Made by a program: the position numbers and the translations under genes
Notes under the pieces: model-generated
The model's database searches: none
The model's input: the letters and a program-made list of their open reading frames with translations, nothing else
What the model was told of the DNA's origin: nothing
DNA from: Pseudomonadota bacterium
Lineage (GTDB): Bacteria; Pseudomonadota; Gammaproteobacteria; Burkholderiales; JBEEJL01
Length of the DNA stretch: 64,000 nucleotides
NCBI GenBank assembly: GCA_043744215.1
Contig: JAYTVC010000045.1
Span: forward strand, 1,368 to 65,367
Reading direction: 5' to 3'
In this document: one piece after another, positions 19,683 through 29,159 of the stretch
Numbering within the stretch: the stretch's first letter is position 1
Layout: every line of letters starts with the position of its first letter

Positions 19683-21121
19683 GATTTTTGCGCCGCTTCT
19701 ACCGGACGAGTTTTGTCTGCGCTGTTTTGTTGTGCATATAATTCACGGAAAGTTTTTCCAGCAGGTGCGGGAAAATCACGGCCTGCCGTCCAGCCCTTTC
19801 CAAACGGTAAACTGGAAATCATTTTTTTATCGTTGCCCATAAAGGCCATGCCGCGCATGGCGATTTTCGACGCGAAACCATAGAGAACAGGCCGTTGCGC
19901 AAACCAGCTCCACACGTTCAGCGCGGCGCGTTCATGCAGCGGCCGCAAATGCTTATCCACTTGTTTTTCACGCAACTTGCGCATCAGATCAGGCAGCGGA
20001 ATTTTTACCGGGCACACCACATGGCATTCGCCGCAGAGCGTAGAAGCATTCGGTAAATCGATGGCGTTTTCGATACCGACATACGCGGGCGTGAGCACCG
20101 AACCCATCGGCCCCGGATAAACCCAGCCGTAGGCATGACCACCGATGTTGTGATACACAGGACAATGGTTCATGCACGCGCCACAGCGGATGCAACGCAG
20201 CATCTCCTGCATATCACTACCGACCAAACCGGTGCGGCCGTTATCAACGAGAATAAAATACATATGCTCGGGACCGTCGAGTTCGCCCTCGGCGCGTGGG
20301 CCGGTGAGCAACGACACATAATTGGCAATGGATTGCCCAGTGGCCGAGCGTGGCAATAATCTTGCCAGCGTAGAAAATTCTTCCAGCGTCGGCACAATTT
20401 TTTCTATACCGCTGATCGCCACATGCACGCGCGGCATGGTGGTGCTCATGCGGATATTGCCTTCGTTGGAAAATAACGCGACGGAGCCAGTCTCGGCAAT
20501 AAAAAAGTTTCCGCCAGAGATGCCCATGTCCGCATCGAGAAAATGCGGGCGCAAAATGCCGCGGGCTTCGTGCGTCATTTCGGTGATGTCGGTTTTCGGC
20601 GCGGTGCCGTGCACATGCGCAAATAATTCTGATACTTCTTCTTTGCTCAAATGCACGATGGGCGCAATGATGTGCGATGGCGTGGAGTTGGAAATTTGTA
20701 CCACGTATTCACCCAGGTCGGTTTCAATCGGCGTGACCCCGGCCGCAGTGAGCGCGTCGTTCAACGCCGTTTCTTCCGAAACCATCGACTTGCCCTTGAT
20801 GGCTTTTTTGCAGTCGTGGCGCTTGGCGATATCGATCACCAATTGATTCACTTCATGCGCATTTTCCGCCCAATAAACTGTCGCGCCACGGGCCGTGGCA
20901 TTTTTTTCAAACGCTTCCAGCCACACATCCAGATTATTCAGCACGCGGTCGCGGATGTCGGCGGCAGCGTTGCGCGTCGCTTCAAGATCATCCAATTGTG
21001 TCATCGCTTTGGCGCGCTTGTCGATGAAATTGCCTTTTACTTTTTTTAGTGTGGCTTGCAAGCGCACATCGGCCAATTTTTCTGTGGCGCGCGCTTTGAA
21101 ATTCATGGATTGTATTTGCAT
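19679..21121 (-). CDS. lutB: lactate utilization iron-sulfur protein B
   Basis: Two ferredoxin-type Cys clusters (CIRCGACMNHCP, CGECHVVCP). I trimmed the start to ATG 21121 (MQIQSMNF), which has an AAAGG SD. The longer ORF to 21232 runs into the repeat array. Confidence 0.88.
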   Translation of the reverse strand: MQIQSMNFKARATEKLADVRLQATLKKVKGNFIDKRAKAMTQLDDLEATRNAAADIRDRVLNNLDVWLEAFEKNATARGATVYWAENAHEVNQLVIDIAKRHDCKKAIKGKSMVSEETALNDALTAAGVTPIETDLGEYVVQISNSTPSHIIAPIVHLSKEEVSELFAHVHGTAPKTDITEMTHEARGILRPHFLDADMGISGGNFFIAETGSVALFSNEGNIRMSTTMPRVHVAISGIEKIVPTLEEFSTLARLLPRSATGQSIANYVSLLTGPRAEGELDGPEHMYFILVDNGRTGLVGSDMQEMLRCIRCGACMNHCPVYHNIGGHAYGWVYPGPMGSVLTPAYVGIENAIDLPNASTLCGECHVVCPVKIPLPDLMRKLREKQVDKHLRPLHERAALNVWSWFAQRPVLYGFASKIAMRGMAFMGNDKKMISSLPFGKGWTAGRDFPAPAGKTFRELYAQQNSADKTRPVEAAQKS

Positions 21122-21136
21122 ATTAAAACCTTTCAC

Positions 21137-21176
21137 CACAGAGGCACAGAGGCACAGAGGCACAGAGACACAGAGA
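21137..21176 (+). repeat. 8-nt tandem repeat array, 5 units (CACAGAGG x3, CACAGAGA x2)
   Basis: Read directly from the sequence. It is preceded by AAAACCTTTCAC. Confidence 0.95.
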
Positions 21177-21266
21177 AAGTCAAAAGCGCAAAAATATTTT
21201 TTGATTTTCCTCAGACAAAAATCAACAATCAAATTTCTCTTTTCCTTCGCGATTAAAATCTTTCAC

Positions 21267-21290
21267 CACAGAGGCACAGAGACACAGAGA
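21267..21290 (+). repeat. 8-nt tandem repeat array, 3 units (CACAGAGG, CACAGAGA x2)
   Basis: Read directly from the sequence. It is preceded by AAAATCTTTCAC. Confidence 0.95.
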
Positions 21291-21328
21291 AAACAAACAA
21301 CAGATCCTTCGCTATCGCTCAGGATGAC

Positions 21329-21368
21329 AAGTTTTTTAATTTTCAAGTTTTTTAATTTTTCAATTTTA
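21329..21368 (+). repeat. 16-17-nt AT-rich tandem repeat (AAGTTTTTTAATTTTC x2 plus a partial unit)
   Basis: Read directly from the sequence, between the direct and inverted octamer arrays. Confidence 0.85.
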
Positions 21369-21379
21369 GTTTTTGCTTT

Positions 21380-21427
21380 TCTCTGTGCCTCTGTGCCTCT
21401 GTGCCTCTGTGCTTCTGTGTCTCTGTG
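21380..21427 (-). repeat. inverted copy of the 8-nt array, 6 units (YCTCTGTG-type on the + strand)
   Basis: Its reverse complement reads CACAGAGA CACAGAAG CACAGAGG x3 CACAGAGA. It is followed by GTGAAGCTTTT, the reverse complement of the AAAAGCTTCAC leader. Confidence 0.95.
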
Positions 21428-21442
21428 GTGAAGCTTTTGACT

Positions 21443-22171
21443 TTAGCGCTCCAACCCAGCTAACACTTCCGCCACATGCAGCACTTTGGTTTTGTCATCG
21501 CCTTTGCGGCGCAAGCGCCCTTCGATGTTCAACATGCAACCGAGATCGCCGAGCACGACGGCATCCGCTTTGCTGGCAACAATATTTTCGCATTTGTCAT
21601 CGACCATGGCGGTGGAAATGTTGCCAAACTTTACGGCGAAGGTGCCGCCAAAGCCGCAGCAGGTTTGACAGTCTTTCATTTCGACTATTTGTAACTCATT
21701 GATTTTATTCAATAATTCTCGAGGTTGCGACTTCACATTCAACTCGCGCAAACCGGAACAGGCATCGTGATAAGTCACGTTGCCAGAAAAATTTCCTGGC
21801 ACAGATTTCAACTTGGCGATGTTGACTAGAAAATCTGTCAACTCATACGTTCTCGCGGCGAGCTTGTTCACTTGTTGCAACAAAGCCGGCTCATCGCGGA
21901 ATAAATCGGGATAATGCACGCGCATCATGCCGGCGCATGAGCCGGAGGGCGCAACGACGTAGTCAAATGCCGAAAACTCTTTTAATGTTTTTTCTGCCAG
22001 TGCGCGGGCGGCCTTGCGGTCGCCGGAGTTGTAGCCGGGCTGGCCGCAACAGGTTTGCGTGTCGGGCACGACAACCTCGCAACCCGCCGCTTCAAGCAAC
22101 TTGATCGCGCTGAAGCCGATATTGGGCCGCATTAAATCGACCAGGCAGGTAACCAACAATCCGACTCGCAT
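21443..22171 (-). CDS. lutA: lactate utilization protein A (Cys-rich CCG-domain oxidoreductase)
   Basis: Two CCG motifs (CCGQPG, CCGFGG). I trimmed the start to ATG 22171 (MRVGLLVTC), which has an AAGGA SD. Confidence 0.88.
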   Translation of the reverse strand: MRVGLLVTCLVDLMRPNIGFSAIKLLEAAGCEVVVPDTQTCCGQPGYNSGDRKAARALAEKTLKEFSAFDYVVAPSGSCAGMMRVHYPDLFRDEPALLQQVNKLAARTYELTDFLVNIAKLKSVPGNFSGNVTYHDACSGLRELNVKSQPRELLNKINELQIVEMKDCQTCCGFGGTFAVKFGNISTAMVDDKCENIVASKADAVVLGDLGCMLNIEGRLRRKGDDKTKVLHVAEVLAGLER

Positions 22172-22277
22172 GAATATTCCTTCATTTTGGCTTGCGCCTA
22201 TTAAGCCTTCATTATAGCTGGGCAAAATGGCGCGGCCAAAAACCTTTTTCGCGGCATTCAGGTAAAATTTTGATTTC

Positions 22278-23066
22278 ATGGCAGATGACAAAAATATGGC
22301 GACGGCTGACGGCAAAAATTCCATTCAGGTGATTGAACGCATGATGAGTTTGCTGCATGCGATGGCCGAACACCGTGACGCGACGTCGCTCAAATCCCTG
22401 GCGACGGCTACCGGTTTGCATCCTTCGACTGCGCACCGCATTCTCGCGGTGATGGTTGAAAACCGTCTCGCCGAGCGCGTGGATGCCGGCAGTTATCGCC
22501 TCGGCATTCACTTGCTCGAGCTGGGACATGTGGTCAAAAGCCGCCTCAACGTTCGCCACGAAGCGATGCCGCATATGCGCGCGTTGCAAGTTGAACTGGG
22601 CGAAACCATCAACCTCAGCATCCGCCAGAGCGACGAAATCGTCTATGTGGAACGCGCCATCGGCAACCGCGGCATGATGCGCATCGTGCAGGTTGACGGC
22701 TCGCGCGCGCCGCTACACATCACGTCAATCGGAAAACTATTTTTGGCCGAAGATGGCGTCGACAAGGCGCGGGAGTATGCCAAACGCACCGGCCTGCCGC
22801 GCTATACGCGCAATTCGTTTACCGACCTGCCGAAATTTTTGAAAGAGTTGGAGCAAGTGAAACAGGCAGGCTACGCGTTTGATAACGAAGAAGCCGAAAT
22901 CGGCGTCGCCTGTATTGGCGCGGGTATTCGAAATGATGAGGGGGCGTTGGTCGCCGGACTGTCTGTTTCAGCGCCGACGGACCGGCTGAATAAAAAATGG
23001 GCTGAGCGTGTGAAACAAACCGCCGATGATATTGCGCGGGCGCTGGGATATACCAATAACACTTAA
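22278..23066 (+). CDS. IclR-family transcriptional regulator
   Basis: 262 aa. N-terminal wHTH-type segment (SIQVIERMMSLLHAMA...LKSLATATGLHPSTAHRIL) plus an IclR-type effector domain. Divergent from lutA. Confidence 0.85.
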   Translation: MADDKNMATADGKNSIQVIERMMSLLHAMAEHRDATSLKSLATATGLHPSTAHRILAVMVENRLAERVDAGSYRLGIHLLELGHVVKSRLNVRHEAMPHMRALQVELGETINLSIRQSDEIVYVERAIGNRGMMRIVQVDGSRAPLHITSIGKLFLAEDGVDKAREYAKRTGLPRYTRNSFTDLPKFLKELEQVKQAGYAFDNEEAEIGVACIGAGIRNDEGALVAGLSVSAPTDRLNKKWAERVKQTADDIARALGYTNNT

Positions 23067-23105
23067 GCAGATTGAAACAAAACTGTCCGCGCCATCAATA
23101 CAAAA

Positions 23106-24107
23106 TCAGCCCTTCGCGCTTCGCGTCATCGCTAAATCAAAATGGCGGCTCTCGATCCACTTCTTGATGCGCGTAGCGTCGCCTACGCGGCTGAGCCTGC
23201 CCCATGAATCGAGCAGCACGATAACCACCGGGTTGTTGTCGATGCGCGCCTGCATGACGAGGCATTGGCCGGCTTCGTTGATAAAGCCGGTTTTGGACAA
23301 GCCGATTTTCCATTCACCGTTATTGATCAGGCGATTGGTGTTGATAAAACCTACCGTGCGGCCCGATTCGGGAAAGGTGAGATGCACGCCCGGTGTGGTT
23401 GTGTATTCACGAATAAGATCGAAACGGTAGGCCGCATCCACCAGCTTGGCCAAGTCTCTGGCGGATGACACATTGCTGCTGAGCAAACCAGTCGAGTCGG
23501 AAAAATGGGTTTGCGACAGGCCGATGGTTTGCGCGCGCGCGTTCATTTGCGCAACGAAGGCTTCGCTGCCGCCGGGATAATTGCGCGCCAGGGCGCTGGC
23601 GGCGCGATTCTCCGACGCCATCAAAGCTAAGCGCAACATGTCCGTGCGTTTGAGTACGCTGCCCACAGGCAGATGGGAGCGCGAACCTTTGACCATATCC
23701 ACATCAAGGGCGTCGACGGTGAGGGGTTCGTCCATATCCTGTTTGCTGTCGAGCACTATCATCGCAGTCATCAACTTGGTGATGGATGCGATGGGCCGCA
23801 CGCTGTCGAGGTTTTTGCTGAAAATAGCCGTGCCGTTGGCCTGGTCCAGCACGAAGGCTGACGAGGAATGCAGATTAGGGTCGCCGCCCGGCGTTACGTC
23901 TGGAATTTCAGGCGCGAAGTAGGCGCGGCGCAATCCTTTGCGGTTGAATTTGGCTTTGCGATACTTGGTGTAATGTTTTTTCGCCAGGACTTTCTTTTTG
24001 GCTGCGACTTTTTTGGCGTGCCCGTGTGGATACGCATACGCCTCGGGTGCGCCGATAAAACTGAACATCACCAGCGCCAGCAACAACGATTTCATCAAAC
24101 GGTGCAC
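23106..24107 (-). CDS. D-alanyl-D-alanine endopeptidase/carboxypeptidase (S11, PbpG-like)
   Basis: Signal peptide, SxxK (SITKLM), SxN (SEN) and KTG motifs. Confidence 0.85.
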   Translation of the reverse strand: MHRLMKSLLLALVMFSFIGAPEAYAYPHGHAKKVAAKKKVLAKKHYTKYRKAKFNRKGLRRAYFAPEIPDVTPGGDPNLHSSSAFVLDQANGTAIFSKNLDSVRPIASITKLMTAMIVLDSKQDMDEPLTVDALDVDMVKGSRSHLPVGSVLKRTDMLRLALMASENRAASALARNYPGGSEAFVAQMNARAQTIGLSQTHFSDSTGLLSSNVSSARDLAKLVDAAYRFDLIREYTTTPGVHLTFPESGRTVGFINTNRLINNGEWKIGLSKTGFINEAGQCLVMQARIDNNPVVIVLLDSWGRLSRVGDATRIKKWIESRHFDLAMTRSAKG

Positions 24108-24399
24108 TCGTATTCCCCTTCTACCACATGAGGTAAAAAAATATTGCCGTCGCCAGCGCAGAGTTTGGGTGTTATTTGGACCGCTGGGTTAAGCGGCGAT
24201 GTTATTTCAAACGTGCTTCAGGTATTAAGCAACTCTATTAAGTACGTATATTAACTACTTGATTTTAATCTAATATGAACTAGTTCACAATCTGCCAAAC
24301 TCTGATGAAACCGGCAATGGGGTGGACTACCCAATACAGGCGAAAATGCTTCTCCCTGCAAGGGTTTAACCAATCAATTCAACGGGGATGTGATGCGGG

Positions 24400-26232
24400 T
24401 CAGGCAGCGGCCAGTGCAGAATCCGCCGAGATATTTTTTGATTCTTCTTCTTGTTGCAGCGCCCACATTTGGGCATAACTGCCGTTTTTTTCCAGCAGCG
24501 CGTGATGATTGCCCCGTTCGATGATGCGGCCCTGTTCCAACACCAGAATCTCGTCGGCATCCACAATGGTGGAAAGCCGGTGCGCGATAACCAACGTGGT
24601 GCGGTTCGCGGCAATGTCGCGCAGTTCGGCCTGAATGGTTTTTTCCGTGCGCGAATCCAGCGCCGAAGTGGCTTCATCAAATATAAGTATGCGCGGATTT
24701 TTCAGCAGCGTGCGTGCAATGGCTACGCGCTGTTTTTCGCCGCCGGAAAGTTTGAGGCCGCGCTCCCCGACCATGGCATCGTATTTGTCCGGTAATGATT
24801 CGACAAAATCGTGGATGTGCGCCGACTTCGCCGCGCTGATCACTTCATCCCGCGTCGCGTTCGGATTGCCGTAAGCGATGTTGTAATAAATCGTATCGTT
24901 GAACAGCACCGTATCCTGCGGCACGATGCCAAAAGTGGCGCGCAGGGATAATTGTGTCACATCGCGGATATCCTGCCCGTCGATCAATATGCGGCCGCCA
25001 TTCACATCGTAAAAACGAAACAGTAAACGCGATAATGTAGATTTACCTGCGCCGCTGGAACCTACCACGGCCACCTTGTGCCCGGCGGGAATGTCAAAGC
25101 TCACATCAAACAAAATCTGCCGCTTGGGTTCGTAATTGAAATCCACCTGCTCAAAGCGCACGGCGGCACCGCTGACTTGCAGGGCCGCTGCGCCAGGTTT
25201 GTCTTGAATCTCTTTGTTTTGATGCAGCAGCGTGAACATTTTTTCCATGTCCATGATCGATTGTTTAATCTCGCGATAAATCACGCCGAGAAAATTCAGC
25301 GGAATATAAAGCTGGATCAAAAATGCATTTACCAAAACCAGATCGCCCAGCGTCATCGTGCCTTTGACGACGCCATTGGCTGCGAGCATCATCAACGCGG
25401 TCACGCCGATGGCAATAATCATGCTCTGCCCCGCGTTTAAGCCGGCGAGGGACGTTTGGCTGCGCACTGAGGCATTTTCCCATTTTTGCAAATTCTCGTC
25501 GTAACGGCGCGCTTCGAATTCTTCGTTGCCAAAATATTTCACGGTTTCGTAATTGATCAGCGAATCGATGGCGCGGGTGTTGGCCTTGGAATCCATTTCG
25601 TTCATGGTGCGACGGAATTTGGTGCGCCATTCTGTCACCGATATGGTGAGACCAATGTAGCCAATCAACGTACCGACGGTGACGACGGTAAACCAGATGT
25701 CGTATTTCGCCAGCAGAATGCCGGCAACGAGCGCGATTTCAATCAGCGTAGGCACGATGCTGAACAATGTAAAGCGCATCAGGGTTTCAATGGCGCGGGT
25801 GCCGCGCTCGATGTCGCGCGACACGCCGCCCGTCTGGCGCTCGAGATGAAAGCGCAGCGACAAACCGTGCAGATGCCGGAACACTTGAAGTGCAATGCGG
25901 CGAATCGCGTGCTGCGTGACCTTGGCGAACACCACGTCACGCAGCTCACCGAATAAAGTGGTCGCAAGGCGCAAAGCGCCGTAACCGAGCAGCAATACAA
26001 TCGGCAGCGCGAGCAATGCCTTTTCCTGACCCAGGGCATCGACGATGGATTTCATCACCAGCGGCACGGCAACGTTGGCGAGTTTGGCCATGACTAAAAA
26101 AGTCAGCGCCAACAGCACGCGAGCGCGGTGTTCCCACAAATAAGGCAACAGGGTTTTGACGGTGGACCAATCGCCTTTTACTGGCGGCGATGAGGGGAAG
26201 GGAGAAGAAGTTTCGTGAGAGCGTCTGCGCAT
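24400..26232 (-). CDS. ABC exporter, fused permease/ATPase (ATM1/ABCB7-like)
   Basis: Six-TM N-terminal half. Walker A GSSGAGKST, signature LSGGEKQRVAIAR, Walker B ILIFDEATSALD. Confidence 0.88.
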   Translation of the reverse strand: MRRRSHETSSPFPSSPPVKGDWSTVKTLLPYLWEHRARVLLALTFLVMAKLANVAVPLVMKSIVDALGQEKALLALPIVLLLGYGALRLATTLFGELRDVVFAKVTQHAIRRIALQVFRHLHGLSLRFHLERQTGGVSRDIERGTRAIETLMRFTLFSIVPTLIEIALVAGILLAKYDIWFTVVTVGTLIGYIGLTISVTEWRTKFRRTMNEMDSKANTRAIDSLINYETVKYFGNEEFEARRYDENLQKWENASVRSQTSLAGLNAGQSMIIAIGVTALMMLAANGVVKGTMTLGDLVLVNAFLIQLYIPLNFLGVIYREIKQSIMDMEKMFTLLHQNKEIQDKPGAAALQVSGAAVRFEQVDFNYEPKRQILFDVSFDIPAGHKVAVVGSSGAGKSTLSRLLFRFYDVNGGRILIDGQDIRDVTQLSLRATFGIVPQDTVLFNDTIYYNIAYGNPNATRDEVISAAKSAHIHDFVESLPDKYDAMVGERGLKLSGGEKQRVAIARTLLKNPRILIFDEATSALDSRTEKTIQAELRDIAANRTTLVIAHRLSTIVDADEILVLEQGRIIERGNHHALLEKNGSYAQMWALQQEEESKNISADSALAAA

Positions 26233-26288
26233 AATGTCATTCTACGCGCAAACGAGAGAATGCTAAATTATTGAATAAAATCAGATAG

Positions 26289-29159
26289 TTACGACTCACC
26301 CCGCACCCAGCGATTACGGCCTTCGCGCTTGGCCTGATACAGCGCCCTGTCCGCCAGCGAGACAAGTTCTGACATGCTGCTATCGTCACGCAGCACCAGC
26401 GTGCCCACGCCAGCACTGGTGGTGATGACTTTACCGACGGCTGCGTGATCATGGGGAATTTGCATCGCTTCGATGCTGGCGCGCAGGCGTTCGGCAACGG
26501 CCTCCGCACCCTTCGCATCAGTCTCAGGCAGAATCACGGCGAATTCTTCGCCGCCGTAGCGCGCCACCGCATCACCCGCTTCACGCAAAGTATGGTCGAG
26601 TGCCTGGGCAACGAGCTTCAGGATTTCGTCGCCTTGTTGATGACCGTAGTTATCGTTGTAAAATTTGAATGAATCGATGTCGAGCAGAATCAATGACAGC
26701 GGCAGCCTGGTGCGTTTGGCCCGGCGGAATTCGCGCACCAGCAATTCGTCAAATGCGCGGCGGTTGGCCACGTTGGTAAGGGCGTCGGTCAGCGACACCC
26801 GCTCAAGTTCTTTGTTCAGGCGTTTGAGTTCGAGGTTTACCGTCTCTGCTTCGAGCGTGCGTTCGCGCACCCGTTGCTCGAGCGACACATTATCAGCCAG
26901 CAGCTTTTCATTGCGTTTGCGCGAAGAGGCGAGTGAGAGCGGCCCTATGCCTAAGGCGGCAACCAATTTTCCCCAACCGAATTCGCGCCAAGGCTCACGC
27001 ACGGTTAATGTCAGCAGCCGTTGCACCGGCCCCCAACCGACAAGTGGCGAATAGGATTGCGCTTCAAACGTATATTTGCCTATAGGCAGCGAGTTGTATT
27101 GCACGCGCGAAATCGGCGCCGGGGCTGACCATTGCGGATCAAAACCGAGTAGGCGCACGCGCACACGCACGTCCTCTTCATCAAGAAACCATCCGCTGTA
27201 TAGCGACGCTTCCATCGTCCACTTGCCGTAATCGACGGTCACATGCTGATCTTTTTGCTCAGTCCTGGCATGAGTCCACTCGAGCTTACGCAGGCGCACT
27301 GTAGGCAAGGTGCTGTATTTTTCAAACTCGCGCAGATCGACAATGGACAAGCCCGAATTCAATCCGCACAACATCAGGCCAGGGGCTGACATCGCCAAGC
27401 TGCGGCTGGTGGTAAATTCCCACCCTGCCAAGCCCATCCACGAGGTGATTTCACGTTTCAGCGCGCCGGTTTCCATATCGTAAGAACGCAAGCCGCCGCC
27501 GCTGCCCACATATAAAGTTGTGTCGGGGCCAAATTTGGCAGACCAGCCGGCCAGCGAGTCAGTGGATTCTGCCAGCAGTTTGAACTCGCCCGCGACATTT
27601 TCAGCGCTGGCTTCACGCAGAAATATTTTTGCGTCGTGCAGCACAGCCATGCGCCCGTCGGCATGTTGTGCGATGGCGTACACATTGGCGCTGGGCGTCA
27701 TGCCCGCCTCGAGCACGCGGGTAAACCCCGACGGCGTTTCGCGCCACAGGCCGTTGCCCAATGTGCCTACCCACAATACGTGTTTGTCGTCTTCGCAAAT
27801 ACTGTAAACGTAACCCAGCGGCTCGCCATGGTCGCTCATTACCTCTACCGCATCGCCGGCGATTGTGCGCGCCAGACCTCGCAAGGTGCCGATCCACACA
27901 CTGTTGCCGCGCTCATGCAATACGCGCGCAGGCGCAGACAAAACGGAATGGTCCGTGCCGATGCGCCGCGGCTCGTTATCACCAATGAAGGTGTATAGAC
28001 CTTGCTGCGTCGCGGCCCACAATTGGCCGCTAGCCGTTTCGAGCAGATCCCACACCTTGAAATTTTCCAGCCCGGCGATAGGCAGTTGGCGGGCAGGTTT
28101 GTGCAAATTGAACCGCGCTGCGCCGCGCTCACCACCAACCAAAAATTTGCCCTCTGCTAATTCACGTATACAGAATATGGCACCTAGCGAAGGCAGGCGC
28201 GGGCGCTTGATGGCATGCCGAAGCACGCTGATCTTGAGCACGCCATGGGTGTCGCTCGCCGCCCAGATGTTGCCGTGATTATCGGCCGACAAGGCGTTGA
28301 TGATCGTGTCAGGCATGATCACGTCGTGAATGCGCCATTCGCCTGCTTCTGCACTGAAACGCATAAAGCTGCTGCCAATGCCCGCCCATAACAGATTGTC
28401 AGCCCACAATAATGAGTTGACCGAGCCTTTGGATTTTTCGGGAATAAACCGGCGCACCGCCGTGCCGTCGGCACGGATCTGCGCAATGCCCCGCTCGCCG
28501 CCGACCAGCAAAGTATCGTCAGGGCCGGGCGCCATAACCTGCACCGGGCCGGTGGTCGTCCAATCCCAGTTGTCTGGCGAGCGCCAGCGTTCGTTCTCGC
28601 GGTAGAGCAAACCGAATTGGGAGCCCGCCACCCACAAGCGACCTGCCCTATCAAACACCAAACCCGTCACCAGCGCATTGGCCAAACGGAAATCATCGGC
28701 TCGTAGCAAACGCACGCCATCCGCATCGCACGACAACAACCCGCGCGCTGTACCGATCCAGACCTGGCCTTTGGGGCTTACGGCAATTTGTTCAGCCAGG
28801 CCGTAGCTCCAATCCGCCACCAGTGGATGTATGCGTCCGTCGGGCTCGATGATATCGACACCCGCGTCGGAGCCGACCCATACGCGGCCGTCGGGTGTGA
28901 CCGACAGCGTGCGCAAGCCTTGTGTGGTGAGCCCGTCTTTGCGCGAATAGGTATGTACCGCAGAACCATCGTAACTGGCGAGGCCGCCGGGTGTGGCAAA
29001 CCAGAAAATGCCTTGGCTGTCTTGCACCATGTCATGCACCTGGCCGCTGGGCAAACCTTGGCTGCGGCCAATTCTGCGCAAAGGCAGGCGTGCCGTTTGC
29101 AGGCCGCTGAATGCGGCCTGCTCTGCATCAACACTGGTGGTAGTGGGGTTGGAATTCAT
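26289..29159 (-). CDS. diguanylate cyclase with N-terminal beta-propeller repeats and a Y_Y_Y-type sensor region
   Basis: Repeated W(F/V/I)(A/G)(T/S) propeller-type blocks, a coiled-coil segment, and a C-terminal GGDEF domain with GGEEF. Confidence 0.85.
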   Translation of the reverse strand: MNSNPTTTSVDAEQAAFSGLQTARLPLRRIGRSQGLPSGQVHDMVQDSQGIFWFATPGGLASYDGSAVHTYSRKDGLTTQGLRTLSVTPDGRVWVGSDAGVDIIEPDGRIHPLVADWSYGLAEQIAVSPKGQVWIGTARGLLSCDADGVRLLRADDFRLANALVTGLVFDRAGRLWVAGSQFGLLYRENERWRSPDNWDWTTTGPVQVMAPGPDDTLLVGGERGIAQIRADGTAVRRFIPEKSKGSVNSLLWADNLLWAGIGSSFMRFSAEAGEWRIHDVIMPDTIINALSADNHGNIWAASDTHGVLKISVLRHAIKRPRLPSLGAIFCIRELAEGKFLVGGERGAARFNLHKPARQLPIAGLENFKVWDLLETASGQLWAATQQGLYTFIGDNEPRRIGTDHSVLSAPARVLHERGNSVWIGTLRGLARTIAGDAVEVMSDHGEPLGYVYSICEDDKHVLWVGTLGNGLWRETPSGFTRVLEAGMTPSANVYAIAQHADGRMAVLHDAKIFLREASAENVAGEFKLLAESTDSLAGWSAKFGPDTTLYVGSGGGLRSYDMETGALKREITSWMGLAGWEFTTSRSLAMSAPGLMLCGLNSGLSIVDLREFEKYSTLPTVRLRKLEWTHARTEQKDQHVTVDYGKWTMEASLYSGWFLDEEDVRVRVRLLGFDPQWSAPAPISRVQYNSLPIGKYTFEAQSYSPLVGWGPVQRLLTLTVREPWREFGWGKLVAALGIGPLSLASSRKRNEKLLADNVSLEQRVRERTLEAETVNLELKRLNKELERVSLTDALTNVANRRAFDELLVREFRRAKRTRLPLSLILLDIDSFKFYNDNYGHQQGDEILKLVAQALDHTLREAGDAVARYGGEEFAVILPETDAKGAEAVAERLRASIEAMQIPHDHAAVGKVITTSAGVGTLVLRDDSSMSELVSLADRALYQAKREGRNRWVRGES

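Noticed and set aside
17629-20846. Other long antisense ORFs, such as 17629-18327, 19038-19883 and 20322-20846. Similar ones lie at 31231-31959, 44514-45365, 47994-48791, 49323-50093 and 53283-53948.
   Set aside because: All lie opposite genes with clear family motifs and have no motifs of their own. I treat them as shadow ORFs.
21122-21232. An N-terminal extension of the LutB ORF (MIVDFCLRKIKKYFCAFDFLCVSVPLCLCASVVKGFN). LutA has a similar extension at 22172-22324.
   Set aside because: The extensions run through the repeat array or AT-rich promoter DNA. Internal ATGs with SD sequences give N-termini that match the family.
21137-21427. The repeat arrays might be a CRISPR array.
   Set aside because: The units are only 8 nt and abut each other with no spacers. 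The arrays occur in both orientations and there are no cas genes nearby.
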